This document shows positions 8,450-17,134 of a DNA stretch of 64,000 bases, piece after piece. The translations under genes and the position numbers were made by a program. Below the pieces are notes generated by a model. The model made no database searches. It saw nothing but the letters and a program-made list of their open reading frames with translations, and had not been told where the DNA came from. The stretch comes from Methanomicrobia archaeon (lineage in GTDB: Archaea; Halobacteriota; Bog-38; Methanoflorentales; Methanoflorentaceae): contig JACTTZ010000003.1 of the NCBI GenBank assembly GCA_015660915.1, positions 4,479 through 68,478 on the forward strand. The letters run 5' to 3'. The first letter of the stretch is position 1. Each line of letters begins with the position of its first letter.

Positions 8450-10580
8450 TTTCGTCCCCTTCTAACAAGAGCGGTTTTCCGCCGGTTAGTTTCAAAAAGA
8501 TCGATGCTGCCGGGCCATTTCCGTTCACGAGCTCGCTGAAGCGGCGCTCGAGGATAATGCGCGACTGTCTATCATCGGCCGAGATGTTATTTTCTTCACA
8601 ATACATCGCGACTGTGAAATTGCAGAGATATTCCGGATCGCGGGGTTCCTTGTAATCGCCATCGGCCAACCATCCGAGCCTTTCGCTTACGTAGCCGTCG
8701 AAGTGTGCCTCCCGGTCGTGGTCGTCTGGTACATGCTTACCACGCGAGCAGTCGGCTATGAGCGTCTGCACTTCCGGATCAGTCTCGGCTAACTTTTTAT
8801 AGAACTGCTCGACGGGGTAGTCGCGCAACCAAGGCTTATCTGCCTTAATGGTCTTGCTCAATTCGGCAGCAAACTCGTTAGTTGTCATGTCGATGGGCCC
8901 AGACCGCGCCTTCTTGAACCCGTTTAGTATCTGCTTGACGTCTTCGACGAGTTCTTTTTCATGTTTTTCACGCTCGCCATTCACCTGAGGGCCTGAAGGC
9001 AATGAACCCATTTTGACTAACTTTTCATGATACCCCTCAGCCGTCATGTAACGAATGTCAAAACCACCTTCATAGCCTTCAGCATTCAGCTCAGCCTTCA
9101 GCGGTGCGGCAACCTCATCGTCATACTCGCCAATATCCCGTAACCGAATCCCTGCCCGCAGATTGCCGCTTTCTTTATGTATGCTCTTAAATCCGAGTTT
9201 CGTAAGATATGAGTAAAAACTCGTCGGCGTCGAGACGTTATGACGCTCCTCGGCGGTCGCGACGTTTCGAAATCGCTCATACAAGGCTTTAGACGTCGAT
9301 TCGGCGCCCGCTTCGACTATGCACTCACTCTCGATAAACGCGGCGAGCGGATTCATAGATTTTTGGTAGTCTTTCCGCGCAGCGTTGACCGAATCCGGCG
9401 GCATAAGGCCGTAGTCTTGCCAATCATAGCACCCCTGCACTAACCACGCAAAAATAGCCTTCTGCGCGTTCTCATCCTCTAAGAGAAATTCTTTGATTTT
9501 CGGGTCGCACTCCTCGAGAGCGATCGGGTTTAAGAACTGCACGATAAAGAACCGATTAAACGACGCATCATCGTCGAAGTCTAATTTCGGCAAGAAATTC
9601 GTCTCGATATAGAATTTTGTGCGCGGATCTATCTTGCGCTGCCTTTTTTCAAACAGGCCTCGGGCACTCTGCGGGTTCCCGCTCGTAACAGCCTTGAGAA
9701 ACGAATCATTGAAGACCATACCCCGAGGCACTTCGCTACACTGCGCGGCACGCACGCCCTCGAGACTAACAAGGTCTGCCCGCGCTCCTCCGGGTTTTTG
9801 TATCGCCTTTGCGAATGTCGATATGTTGACCGGGGCAGCATAATCGCCTAGGGTTTTAAAGATCGCATCTAAAAGCGTTGACTTACGTGCGTTCGCTTCA
9901 CCGTAGAGAACGAACAGGGCCTTGTCTCGATTGATCGCTGTCAATCCTGACCCACAAGCCCGCTGTAAAAACGCGCCTTGCTCGAGTGACAACACTTCGA
10001 TAAGCCGTTCGTACCATTCCGAGCTTACCGTCTCGGGTTCATAGGGCACGGCTGCTATTTTGGTTACCAAGTCGTTGCGATCCGGGTCGCGCAATTCCCG
10101 CGCATTTAAGTCAAGGGTTCCGTTTTGACAGTTGATGAGCCAAGGGTTGGCGTCAAAGTCTTTCGCCATGACTGCGATGCGCGGGTCTGACTGTGCAAGT
10201 TGAATCATCGCGTTTATGCGAAAATTGGAATCACTCTGATACGCCCAGTTCGTCAACCGCTTTTGTGCCGCTTTCCGTTCTTTCGGATCATCCTCATCGA
10301 TGAAACTCGCCTCTGCGTGTATGAGTTTGACCGTTTTTTTGGCCAGTTCTCGAATTTTGAGTGTGACGTCTCGAGGCCATCGCGAGTCATCCCATATGAA
10401 CCACTCACCAATTTCAGCGCAATAACGGATATCATCACCGTACAGAGCAATAAGTCGAAGCGCATTGCCGCCGTCTGTCAAAGGATAACCACACACTACC
10501 CGCACGTCGTTATGTGTGCTGGTTTTGAGGTCAAGCTCAGACAATGTATGCTCACGTATCCCGGGTTGTGATCCGCTCAC
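8442..10580 (-). CDS. plasmid/virus-type replication protein: primase-like N-terminal domain plus D5/SF3-helicase-like NTPase (P4/COG3378 family)
   Basis: N-terminal LTDGGNALRL motif (P4-type primase family). Central Walker-A-like YGEANARKSTLLD with downstream D5_N-like region. 712 aa, typical of MGE primase-helicases. Confidence 0.6.
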   Translation of the reverse strand: MSGSQPGIREHTLSELDLKTSTHNDVRVVCGYPLTDGGNALRLIALYGDDIRYCAEIGEWFIWDDSRWPRDVTLKIRELAKKTVKLIHAEASFIDEDDPKERKAAQKRLTNWAYQSDSNFRINAMIQLAQSDPRIAVMAKDFDANPWLINCQNGTLDLNARELRDPDRNDLVTKIAAVPYEPETVSSEWYERLIEVLSLEQGAFLQRACGSGLTAINRDKALFVLYGEANARKSTLLDAIFKTLGDYAAPVNISTFAKAIQKPGGARADLVSLEGVRAAQCSEVPRGMVFNDSFLKAVTSGNPQSARGLFEKRQRKIDPRTKFYIETNFLPKLDFDDDASFNRFFIVQFLNPIALEECDPKIKEFLLEDENAQKAIFAWLVQGCYDWQDYGLMPPDSVNAARKDYQKSMNPLAAFIESECIVEAGAESTSKALYERFRNVATAEERHNVSTPTSFYSYLTKLGFKSIHKESGNLRAGIRLRDIGEYDDEVAAPLKAELNAEGYEGGFDIRYMTAEGYHEKLVKMGSLPSGPQVNGEREKHEKELVEDVKQILNGFKKARSGPIDMTTNEFAAELSKTIKADKPWLRDYPVEQFYKKLAETDPEVQTLIADCSRGKHVPDDHDREAHFDGYVSERLGWLADGDYKEPRDPEYLCNFTVAMYCEENNISADDRQSRIILERRFSELVNGNGPAASIFLKLTGGKPLLLEGDESE

Positions 10581-11119
10581 GAACGACCTCCGTCGTCGCC
10601 GTCGCCCGAGAGCGAACTCGACTGAGGGTCGTTGCCAAAGCCCAGCAGCTTTCGGAGTTCTTGCATCTCCTTTGCTTTCGTATACTCCACATCAATCGCG
10701 CGCACTTGCGCTATGGTCTCATCAGCGTCTTGGTCACCGAGCGGCTTACGTCGTTGGATCCTGCGGAACAGCGCTAAAAGCAGCCATAACGGTACTTCGT
10801 CAGCGTAGCAATCGTTACGCCACTCAGCCCCAGCGCCGTCTTGATAGTTGATTAGGGCCCGTTCATCGCCGCGTTCAGTCAAATACCAGCTCACATTCTT
10901 ATGCTGCGTGCCAAAGCTCTCGCGCACTCCCTGACGCACGAATATCTGATATTCGTAGAGCAAGTGCTCTGCCGCGTCGTATAGGTCGTTGGACAGCGTG
11001 GCCGTCTCGCCACGTCTCAGCTCTGTCGTGACTTCCTTTAAGCTTCTGTGTGTCTCGCTCTCGTAGTCATCGGCGGGCGTGACATAGCCGCGATTCGGGT
11101 CAAAATATGAACTCGTCAT
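10577..11119 (-). CDS. hypothetical protein
   Basis: ORF translationally coupled (ATGA overlap) to a duplicated 3'-end remnant. Likely ATG start at MTSSYFDP. Confidence 0.35.
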   Translation of the reverse strand: MTSSYFDPNRGYVTPADDYESETHRSLKEVTTELRRGETATLSNDLYDAAEHLLYEYQIFVRQGVRESFGTQHKNVSWYLTERGDERALINYQDGAGAEWRNDCYADEVPLWLLLALFRRIQRRKPLGDQDADETIAQVRAIDVEYTKAKEMQELRKLLGFGNDPQSSSLSGDGDDGGRS

Positions 11120-11169
11120 GCCCTCGCCTCCCACAACCGCTCCATTCTGAATATGAAGCTGTCTAGGTC
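11117..11169. repeat. about 53-bp direct repeat copy 1 (gene-junction cassette: 3' end ...F(I/F)(F/G)RMERLWEAR(A/S)* + ATGA start overlap)
   Basis: About 90% identical to 12004-12055. Confidence 0.8.
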
Positions 11170-11183
11170 GTCGTGAATGTCGG

Positions 11184-12005
11184 TCATGCTCGATGCTCCC
11201 CGTTCGCTATTGCCCATAATTTTTCTCTGTCAACACGTTCAGCCCGAAGTACGCCATAAAAAACAGACGTGTCGTAAAACTCGAAAAGAGCAGCTTCGTA
11301 AAGCTCCCGGAGTGTATAAGGAGGAAGGGCGTCGAGTTCCACCTGCATGAGCTGACCGTAGTCTCGAATGAAGCCGGCTGCACGTGAATCGCCTTTTTTA
11401 CCCGGGTTTACCGGTAAATTATATTCACTTACCTGATCCTCATTGAGCGCAATGCGTTGCACATGGTCAAAGCAGCTGCACCGCTTTTTGAAGTCTCTCA
11501 ATATGTCGACGCCGCTCGGATCGAAATCACCAGCATAAATGAGCACGGCTTGACGGTCATTGTTCGTAACATCCTCGATGATCACATCGACATACGTTTG
11601 CGACGAGTACCCACGAAGCGGGGCGATCGCAACACCGTATGTTTCAAACCACTGCTTCAACTGCGGCACCATGCCGTACTTTTCAACGCCGAGATAGACC
11701 GAGTACTCCTGCCTTTCATCGCGGTTACGGCAGTAGCTCCTAGTGAGCGATTTCAAAGCATCTTGCGGGCTACTGAATCCGCCAAAGCGGTGAATATCGC
11801 GTGTCTGGTCAACTAGCTGCGGAAACTGTCCGTTTCGACGAAGAGCCGCGGTGACCCTACTGAGTCTTTTATACGCGTACTCACTGTTCGGTATCGCGCC
11901 TTCAACGACCAAGCGATAGAACAGTTGTCGGAGAGAGACGCCGGTGTCATAAGAACGCACTATTTCAGCAGCTCGGGTGATGACGCGAGGCCATGAAATG
12001 CTCAT
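11184..12005 (-). CDS. Spo11/Topo VI-A-like 'Mini-A'-type protein (winged helix with Tyr + Toprim)
   Basis: wH motif SLRQLFYRLV (5Y-CAP-like R..Y). Toprim glutamate LGVEKYGMV and DxD motif IYAGDFDPSGVDI. 273 aa, shorter than Topo VI-A. Confidence 0.45.
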   Translation of the reverse strand: MSISWPRVITRAAEIVRSYDTGVSLRQLFYRLVVEGAIPNSEYAYKRLSRVTAALRRNGQFPQLVDQTRDIHRFGGFSSPQDALKSLTRSYCRNRDERQEYSVYLGVEKYGMVPQLKQWFETYGVAIAPLRGYSSQTYVDVIIEDVTNNDRQAVLIYAGDFDPSGVDILRDFKKRCSCFDHVQRIALNEDQVSEYNLPVNPGKKGDSRAAGFIRDYGQLMQVELDALPPYTLRELYEAALFEFYDTSVFYGVLRAERVDREKLWAIANGEHRA

Positions 12006-12226
12006 GACCTCGCCTCCCACAACCGCTCCATTCTGCCTATGAAGCTTTCTAGGTCATAAACGAAGGGTGCTAGTACGAGGTGGTATTCGTCGTCTTCGGT
12101 TTCGACGCGTTCAAGCTCGTAACACAGGTCGCCGTAGAGCTCCTGTGCCCCTATCAAAATCAAAAGAGGGCGCTCTGCATCAAAGCGCTTATCAAAGCGC
12201 AGCCCGTCACTGCTCACCGCGTGCAC
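12002..12226 (-). CDS. hypothetical small protein
   Basis: 74-aa ORF; its stop overlaps the downstream start (ATGA). Its last 16 codons are duplicated at 11120-11170. Confidence 0.35.
   Translation of the reverse strand: MHAVSSDGLRFDKRFDAERPLLILIGAQELYGDLCYELERVETEDDEYHLVLAPFVYDLESFIGRMERLWEARS
12004..12055. repeat. direct repeat copy 2 (see 11117-11169)
   Basis: Covers the 3' end of gene 12002-12226 and the start of 11184-12005. Confidence 0.8.
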
Positions 12227-12714
12227 GAGAAACCTCCGTGTGTCTCTTTTGGAGTCTTAGTCGCCAATGGCACATCGGCTTCCATGTTCTTGCGCTCAGA
12301 ACCACGGCACGTTATTGCGCCTCTACTTCGCCCAGCGAATGGTATACAGCTTCTGTCAAGGTCACGCGGCAATGAGCAAAGGCAGTTAGGTACGCCTTTG
12401 ACCTTCTTTTGGGGATCGGTCAACTTCATGCGTTTGCATGAACGATCCGGATTAAAACTGCGTTCAAAGTCTAAGGGACTCTTTTCAGACTCATCCGGCT
12501 GAAGCCTCATTAGAGGAGCCGGCAAGTTTTTCGAAATTTTGTTTCTTCTAAACATGTTTCTCACTCCAAAAAGCCCAATAAATGGAGAGAGAAACGACCT
12601 TATTTCAAGCGGATATTCTTTATAAAAAGAAACCGCAATTACGTACTACCTAATCTAATCAATTAGGTATGGAGAAACAAGGAATGAGAGGATAGATCGG
12701 GATCTACTCTTACC

Positions 12715-12737
12715 GGCGGAGATCATAACTCTCCGCC
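12715..12737. terminator. perfect 8-bp stem / 7-nt loop hairpin GGCGGAGA-TCATAAC-TCTCCGCC followed by a T-rich tract
   Basis: Inverted repeat seen directly in an intergenic region. Confidence 0.3.
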
Positions 12738-12785
12738 ATCTCTCCATTTTACAGTGCTCTGATTGTTTTTGTTTTGTCTTTCCTC

Positions 12786-13418
12786 CTACGGGTTCGCATT
12801 CTCTGTCGGTCGACGTGTCTTATGCAATGAGAACTCCACAGCCACCGAATCTTCTGCACCTTTCCGAGGCTTTTCCCCACGCTCCACCCGATCAAAAAGT
12901 GCCATAATGTCGCCGTCTTGATCCTTGTAAAGCACCCACACATATGTTAGTGACAAGGGTTCATCGATCGGAAGGCCATCCTCCACCTTCTGAACCGTCG
13001 CAATCCATTTTGAAACGACAGAATTGCAGACATAGCACCAGCTTGATCCAGATTTTAATTGGCTGTACGAAAAACCGATAAGGGGGTCGCTGCTGTGAAT
13101 ACCGTCAGCTTGTACACTAAGACCGAGGCTCTTAGCCACGTCGTCAGCGTGGAGAGAATCCCATACGATTCTGATGAACCTGATGGTAGATTTCCGCACA
13201 GGCCAACGCATAGGATCATGTGTAAGCACCCAAAAAGCAACGATTTCGCCGACCGAATACTCAGGCCAATTGCTTGGCCCGCCTCGACCTTTTCCTTCGC
13301 TCTTGTGGTAACGACGAGGCGCGGTAATGACCCCTTCGTGGGCAAGCTTTCTGATTGTGCTGGAAGCTAAACCAACTCCGTATTTGTGTAAATGAGCCTG
13401 AAGTTCGTCGACTTGCAC
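12786..13418 (-). CDS. hypothetical protein with N-terminal HTH-like segment
   Basis: LASSTIRKLAHEGVI helix-turn-helix-like stretch; the rest is unknown. Confidence 0.3.
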   Translation of the reverse strand: MQVDELQAHLHKYGVGLASSTIRKLAHEGVITAPRRYHKSEGKGRGGPSNWPEYSVGEIVAFWVLTHDPMRWPVRKSTIRFIRIVWDSLHADDVAKSLGLSVQADGIHSSDPLIGFSYSQLKSGSSWCYVCNSVVSKWIATVQKVEDGLPIDEPLSLTYVWVLYKDQDGDIMALFDRVERGEKPRKGAEDSVAVEFSLHKTRRPTENANP

Positions 13419-13546
13419 GCTTCATACTGGGTTTGCTTTTTACTTAAACTTGTTCTCCTATAGAACATGTTCCATACAGAACAAGTTAGTGCTTTCACGG
13501 AAGCCACAGTTTGTTATAAACCCTTGAGTGCTACTTCTTCGACACT

Positions 13547-13836
13547 ATGCAAAAGATCCAAGAATTGTTACCAGATCACAGCACCAGCATCCTAGAGATA
13601 ATCAATGATGCCGCCAATGCTTACAAAGGCGCCATCCCTGATGACCGATGGAAAGAGCCGTACATGTCAGCGAACGAACTGGCCGATGAAATAAGAGCCG
13701 GCGTTCGATTCCACGGGTGGTTTGAAGACGGCTTTTTAGTGGGCATCGCGGGATTCAAAATGTCGGCGGCTTCAGGATCAATAAGCGGGGGTAGCGTGAG
13801 GTTCCCAATGCTTTTTAATCTAGACATCCTCTGTTT
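13547..13836 (+). pseudogene. possible truncated/frame-disrupted acetyltransferase-like ORF
   Basis: The N-terminal 95 aa look protein-like. The tail overlaps the convergent pentapeptide gene and is low-complexity. Confidence 0.2.
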
Positions 13837-15393
13837 TCATCCTTGTCGCTGCTGTTTTTCTCTAAATGCCTGCACAAGTTTGGCTGAGCGTTCCCTGTCG
13901 CCTTTAATTGCTTCTTGCGACACCGCCTTAGCAGGCTCTATTACGTTTTTGTTTATCGATTTGACCAGATCGGCCGTATCTTCATACCAATAGGTATCGA
14001 GAATCATCGTTTCAAGTTTCTTTCGCAAGCCAATCAGCACCATATGCTCTCCCTTCGCTTTTTCTGAGGCGACTCGGATGGGCAGTATAGGCACAGCAGC
14101 GCCCGTATCAGCGATGTGTTGCACCTCGATAGGCACCATCTCAGGGTCAGTAAAGTCAGCGATAACGAACTGCGCCATACGTGCAAGAGTAGATACTGTT
14201 TCGATAAACGTTTGGCTCTCCGGTTTTTCAAAGTCGAATACTACAGGCACATAGTCATGATGACGAAGTTCGTCTCGGACTGCGTCGAGCGTCGGCTTTT
14301 GCTCATCAGTGAAGCGGCCGAGGAGAAGCACGACTTTTGAGGTCATAATATCAATAACATTTCGCAGCTTTTCGTATTTCGTTAGCAAATAGATGAACTG
14401 CGCGACCTCAAGGTCGTCAACGGTGATCACGGGCTCTCGTTCGTATATATTGCTGATGTTCAAGTTTGACTGATCTTTTGGCTTACCTTGAAGGTTCCAC
14501 ACCGAGCTACCGTACACGGCACATCCAGCAAAAATGGCATCCGCGATGGTCGTTTCTACAAAAATTGCCCTCGTGAGATTGGCGTCTGAAAGGTCGGTAC
14601 CTGTCAGATCCGCATTTGAAAGATCGGCAGAATAGAGGGTAGCGTGAGAGAGGTTAGCGTGGGAGAGGACGGCTTTGTAGAGGTGGGCTTCTCGCAAGGT
14701 GGCGCCAGAGAGGTTGGCGTCGGTGAGCTTGGCCTTATAGAGGTGGGCGCGGGTGAGGTCGGCTAACGAGAGGTCGGCGCCCCTCAGATCCGCATTTGAA
14801 AGATATGCGTCGACAAGAATAGCGCCAGAGAGGTTAGCGCCGGAGAGGTGGGCAAAGGAGAGGTGGGCCTCGCTGAGATTAGGCCTCACCTCAGAGTACT
14901 TATCACGCCAACTGTTCCACTCGTCAACGCCTTGTTTCAGAATTTCAAGGTGCGATTCATTTGCCGTAGAAGATCTCACTGCGAGCGTCAGGCCGGCGTC
15001 GGTGAGGTCTGCACCCGTCAGATCCGCATTTGTAATGTTAGCGTTAGAGAGGTCGGCGCCGCTGAGGTCGGCGTTAGAGAGGTCGGCGCCAGAGAGCTCG
15101 GCGTTAGAGAGGTCGGCGCCAGAGAGGTCGGCGCCAGAGAGGTTAGCGTCGGTGAGCTCGGCGTGGGAGAGGTTAGCGCCAGAGAGGTTAGCGCCAGAGA
15201 GGTCGGCGTCGGTGAGGTCGGCGTAGAAGAGGTCGGCTCCGATGAGGTTGGCTTCGTAGAGGTCGGCTTCTGGGAGGTGGGCGCCGCTAAGATCGGGCCT
15301 CACGTCATGGTACTCTTCACGCCAACTGTTCCAGACTTTAAAGCCTTGCTTTAGGATTTCGAGATGTGATTCATTGACCATCGAAGATCTCAC
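13837..15393 (-). CDS. pentapeptide-repeat protein with duplicated N-terminal module and a C-terminal non-repeat alpha/beta domain
   Basis: Long runs of A(D/N)LSGA(N/D)L pentapeptides. Two copies of the module ESHLEILKQG..WNSWR..Y.(D/E)VRP(D/N)LS.AHL. The C-terminal 190 aa are non-repetitive (KVVLLLGRFTDEQ...VPVVFDFEKPE...FVIADFTDPE). Confidence 0.7.
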   Translation of the reverse strand: MRSSMVNESHLEILKQGFKVWNSWREEYHDVRPDLSGAHLPEADLYEANLIGADLFYADLTDADLSGANLSGANLSHAELTDANLSGADLSGADLSNAELSGADLSNADLSGADLSNANITNADLTGADLTDAGLTLAVRSSTANESHLEILKQGVDEWNSWRDKYSEVRPNLSEAHLSFAHLSGANLSGAILVDAYLSNADLRGADLSLADLTRAHLYKAKLTDANLSGATLREAHLYKAVLSHANLSHATLYSADLSNADLTGTDLSDANLTRAIFVETTIADAIFAGCAVYGSSVWNLQGKPKDQSNLNISNIYEREPVITVDDLEVAQFIYLLTKYEKLRNVIDIMTSKVVLLLGRFTDEQKPTLDAVRDELRHHDYVPVVFDFEKPESQTFIETVSTLARMAQFVIADFTDPEMVPIEVQHIADTGAAVPILPIRVASEKAKGEHMVLIGLRKKLETMILDTYWYEDTADLVKSINKNVIEPAKAVSQEAIKGDRERSAKLVQAFREKQQRQG

Positions 15394-15581
15394 TCGTCAA
15401 ATTGGCATAACAGAGTCAGCCATAAGCGCATCCGTCTAACGGTTCACTCCACGTTGCACGCTGCTGCACTTTTTGCTTTGTCAATTCTAGTGGAATTATC
15501 TTAGCTGCTGAAAACTTTATCGGCTTGTGTTCTGCGGCAGTAGCGTGGTTTGAGATGGAGTGGCGTTTGATTTTCGCCGGT

Positions 15582-15720
15582 TTATCTGGAAATTATGAGC
15601 TTAACGTTATTCCAATATTGCATATACACATCATATGCGTGCTCAGGCAGCGGATGCTTATAGTGCTTCCAATCGATACCGCTGACGCCGTGCGTCGTAC
15701 ACGCTCTGACCGACAGAATC
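15582..15720 (-). pseudogene. tyrosine integrase C-terminal remnant (...THGVSGIDWKHYKHPLPEHAYDVYMQYWNNVKL*), no start codon
   Basis: Strong protein/DNA similarity to the C-terminus of the intact integrase 20218-21045. Confidence 0.5.
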
Positions 15721-16030
15721 GTAATGCCGCCCAATAATTTCTGCTCCTTCTTATGTGCGCGCTGTGAGCTAAGGCAAACTTGTCTGCCAAGCTACCTGAA
15801 AATGTGAACCCAGAGATTGATCGCCATAGGTACCATCGTCACTATGATAACCAAGATGACGAACAGTGGCGTTATTTTTGCTTTTCCACGCCAGACAAGA
15901 TAAAAAACAATAGCATCGGTGACTGCGACGATGATGGTAGCGATAATAAGAGCTCTCACAAAGAGGTCGACCATAGTTTTACTGCTCACGCTTCAGTGTT
16001 CATTTGATTCAAAAAACTGTTAGCGACAGT

Positions 16031-16264
16031 TTAGTTGTCTAGGCGGGTATTGTGCCAATATTTTATAAACCCGTAATAAACGTGCTCAGGCAAAGGATGC
16101 TTGTCATGCTTCCAATCTATACCGCTCACGCCATGCGTCATTATGTAAGCACGATTTGACTGATCCCAGCCTATTGCGTCACCGCCCTGCTCGCAAAACT
16201 TGCGCAGATCGCCAAGCACGAAATGCCCCTTAAACTGTGACATCGGAATCTTCTGCCGTTTCAT
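16031..16264 (-). pseudogene. tyrosine integrase C-terminal remnant (box II + catalytic Tyr region)
   Basis: GDLRKFCEQ...WDQSN..Y.(L/M)THGVSGIDWKH.KHPLPEHVY matches the intact integrase C-terminus. Confidence 0.6.
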
Positions 16265-16448
16265 CTATATCCCCAAAAAGCCATGTCGGAAAACAGCTTC
16301 ATCGTCTTTTTTTCTTCGATCGACTCCCCGCCAAAGATGGCGTATTGGAAAGGATTATTCGTTAAGTTCAACAAGAGTCGGTTGCGAACCTTCATGCTGA
16401 ACTGGCAAACCACCAACGACAAGGATCTTTGCCTTAGACGACGCATCT

Positions 16449-16781
16449 GTGAATATGGAACTACCTGCACTAACGCAGTTTATCGCTAACATTAGCGTGG
16501 CGGTCGACGCCGGCTACGATACAAACGTTGCCGAGATACGCGCCCACATCGAACGCGGCGATATCATATCGTTTTTAACAGATATGTGCTGCGCCGATCC
16601 CGTTCTAATGGCAAAGCTCGTGCGTGAGCACTGGGCAACAGAGACTGAGAATGAGCTTAATGAGCTACTCGGTGATGAGTCAGGAGACGAAAAACTTGCG
16701 GGGAGCTTCAATCGAAGCGGCTTATGCTACCTCATCGCGCTTACGACGCGACTGATTGAGCGGCGCTCTTTCAGGGCTTAA
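16449..16781 (+). CDS. hypothetical protein
   Basis: 110-aa ORF, no motif. Confidence 0.25.
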   Translation: MNMELPALTQFIANISVAVDAGYDTNVAEIRAHIERGDIISFLTDMCCADPVLMAKLVREHWATETENELNELLGDESGDEKLAGSFNRSGLCYLIALTTRLIERRSFRA

Positions 16782-17134
16782 ACGCACTTAGGCAGTTCGT
16801 TTTATGAGCGCCATGGATTTACGGTGGTTTCGCGCGAGGAGACGAATGAGCTTCTGCAACAGCACTAGAACATTCTAAGAAGGCAAATCGAGACGTCGGT
16901 TGTGCTTAAGCTAATACTTGCAGATTCCCGCTGAACTGCACCAGTCTTGGGCATCAAAAATGGTCTTCTGGCGGCCAAAGCATGGCCCTAAACTCGCGGT
17001 TGAAAAACATTGCAAAGCTGCATACTGGAGCTTAAACTTTGAAGTGTACATCTTTCCAATACCGTATGTACGCATCATACACATTCTCGACCGAAAGAGT
17101 TTAGTGTTGGTTTTATACTTTTTTTTTCCAAATA

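Noticed and set aside
12080-12564. Overlapping ORFs 12080-12502 (+) and 12214-12564 (-)
   Set aside because: Mutually exclusive, no motifs, and they sit in an AT/GC-mixed spacer. Could hide one real small gene, but it cannot be supported from sequence alone.
14753-15354. Long plus-strand ORFs (157 and 168 aa), rich in Arg/Ser/Ala/Glu/Val repeats
   Set aside because: They are antisense to the pentapeptide-repeat gene. The reverse complement of the tandem A(D/N)LSGA codon repeats generates these low-complexity frames.
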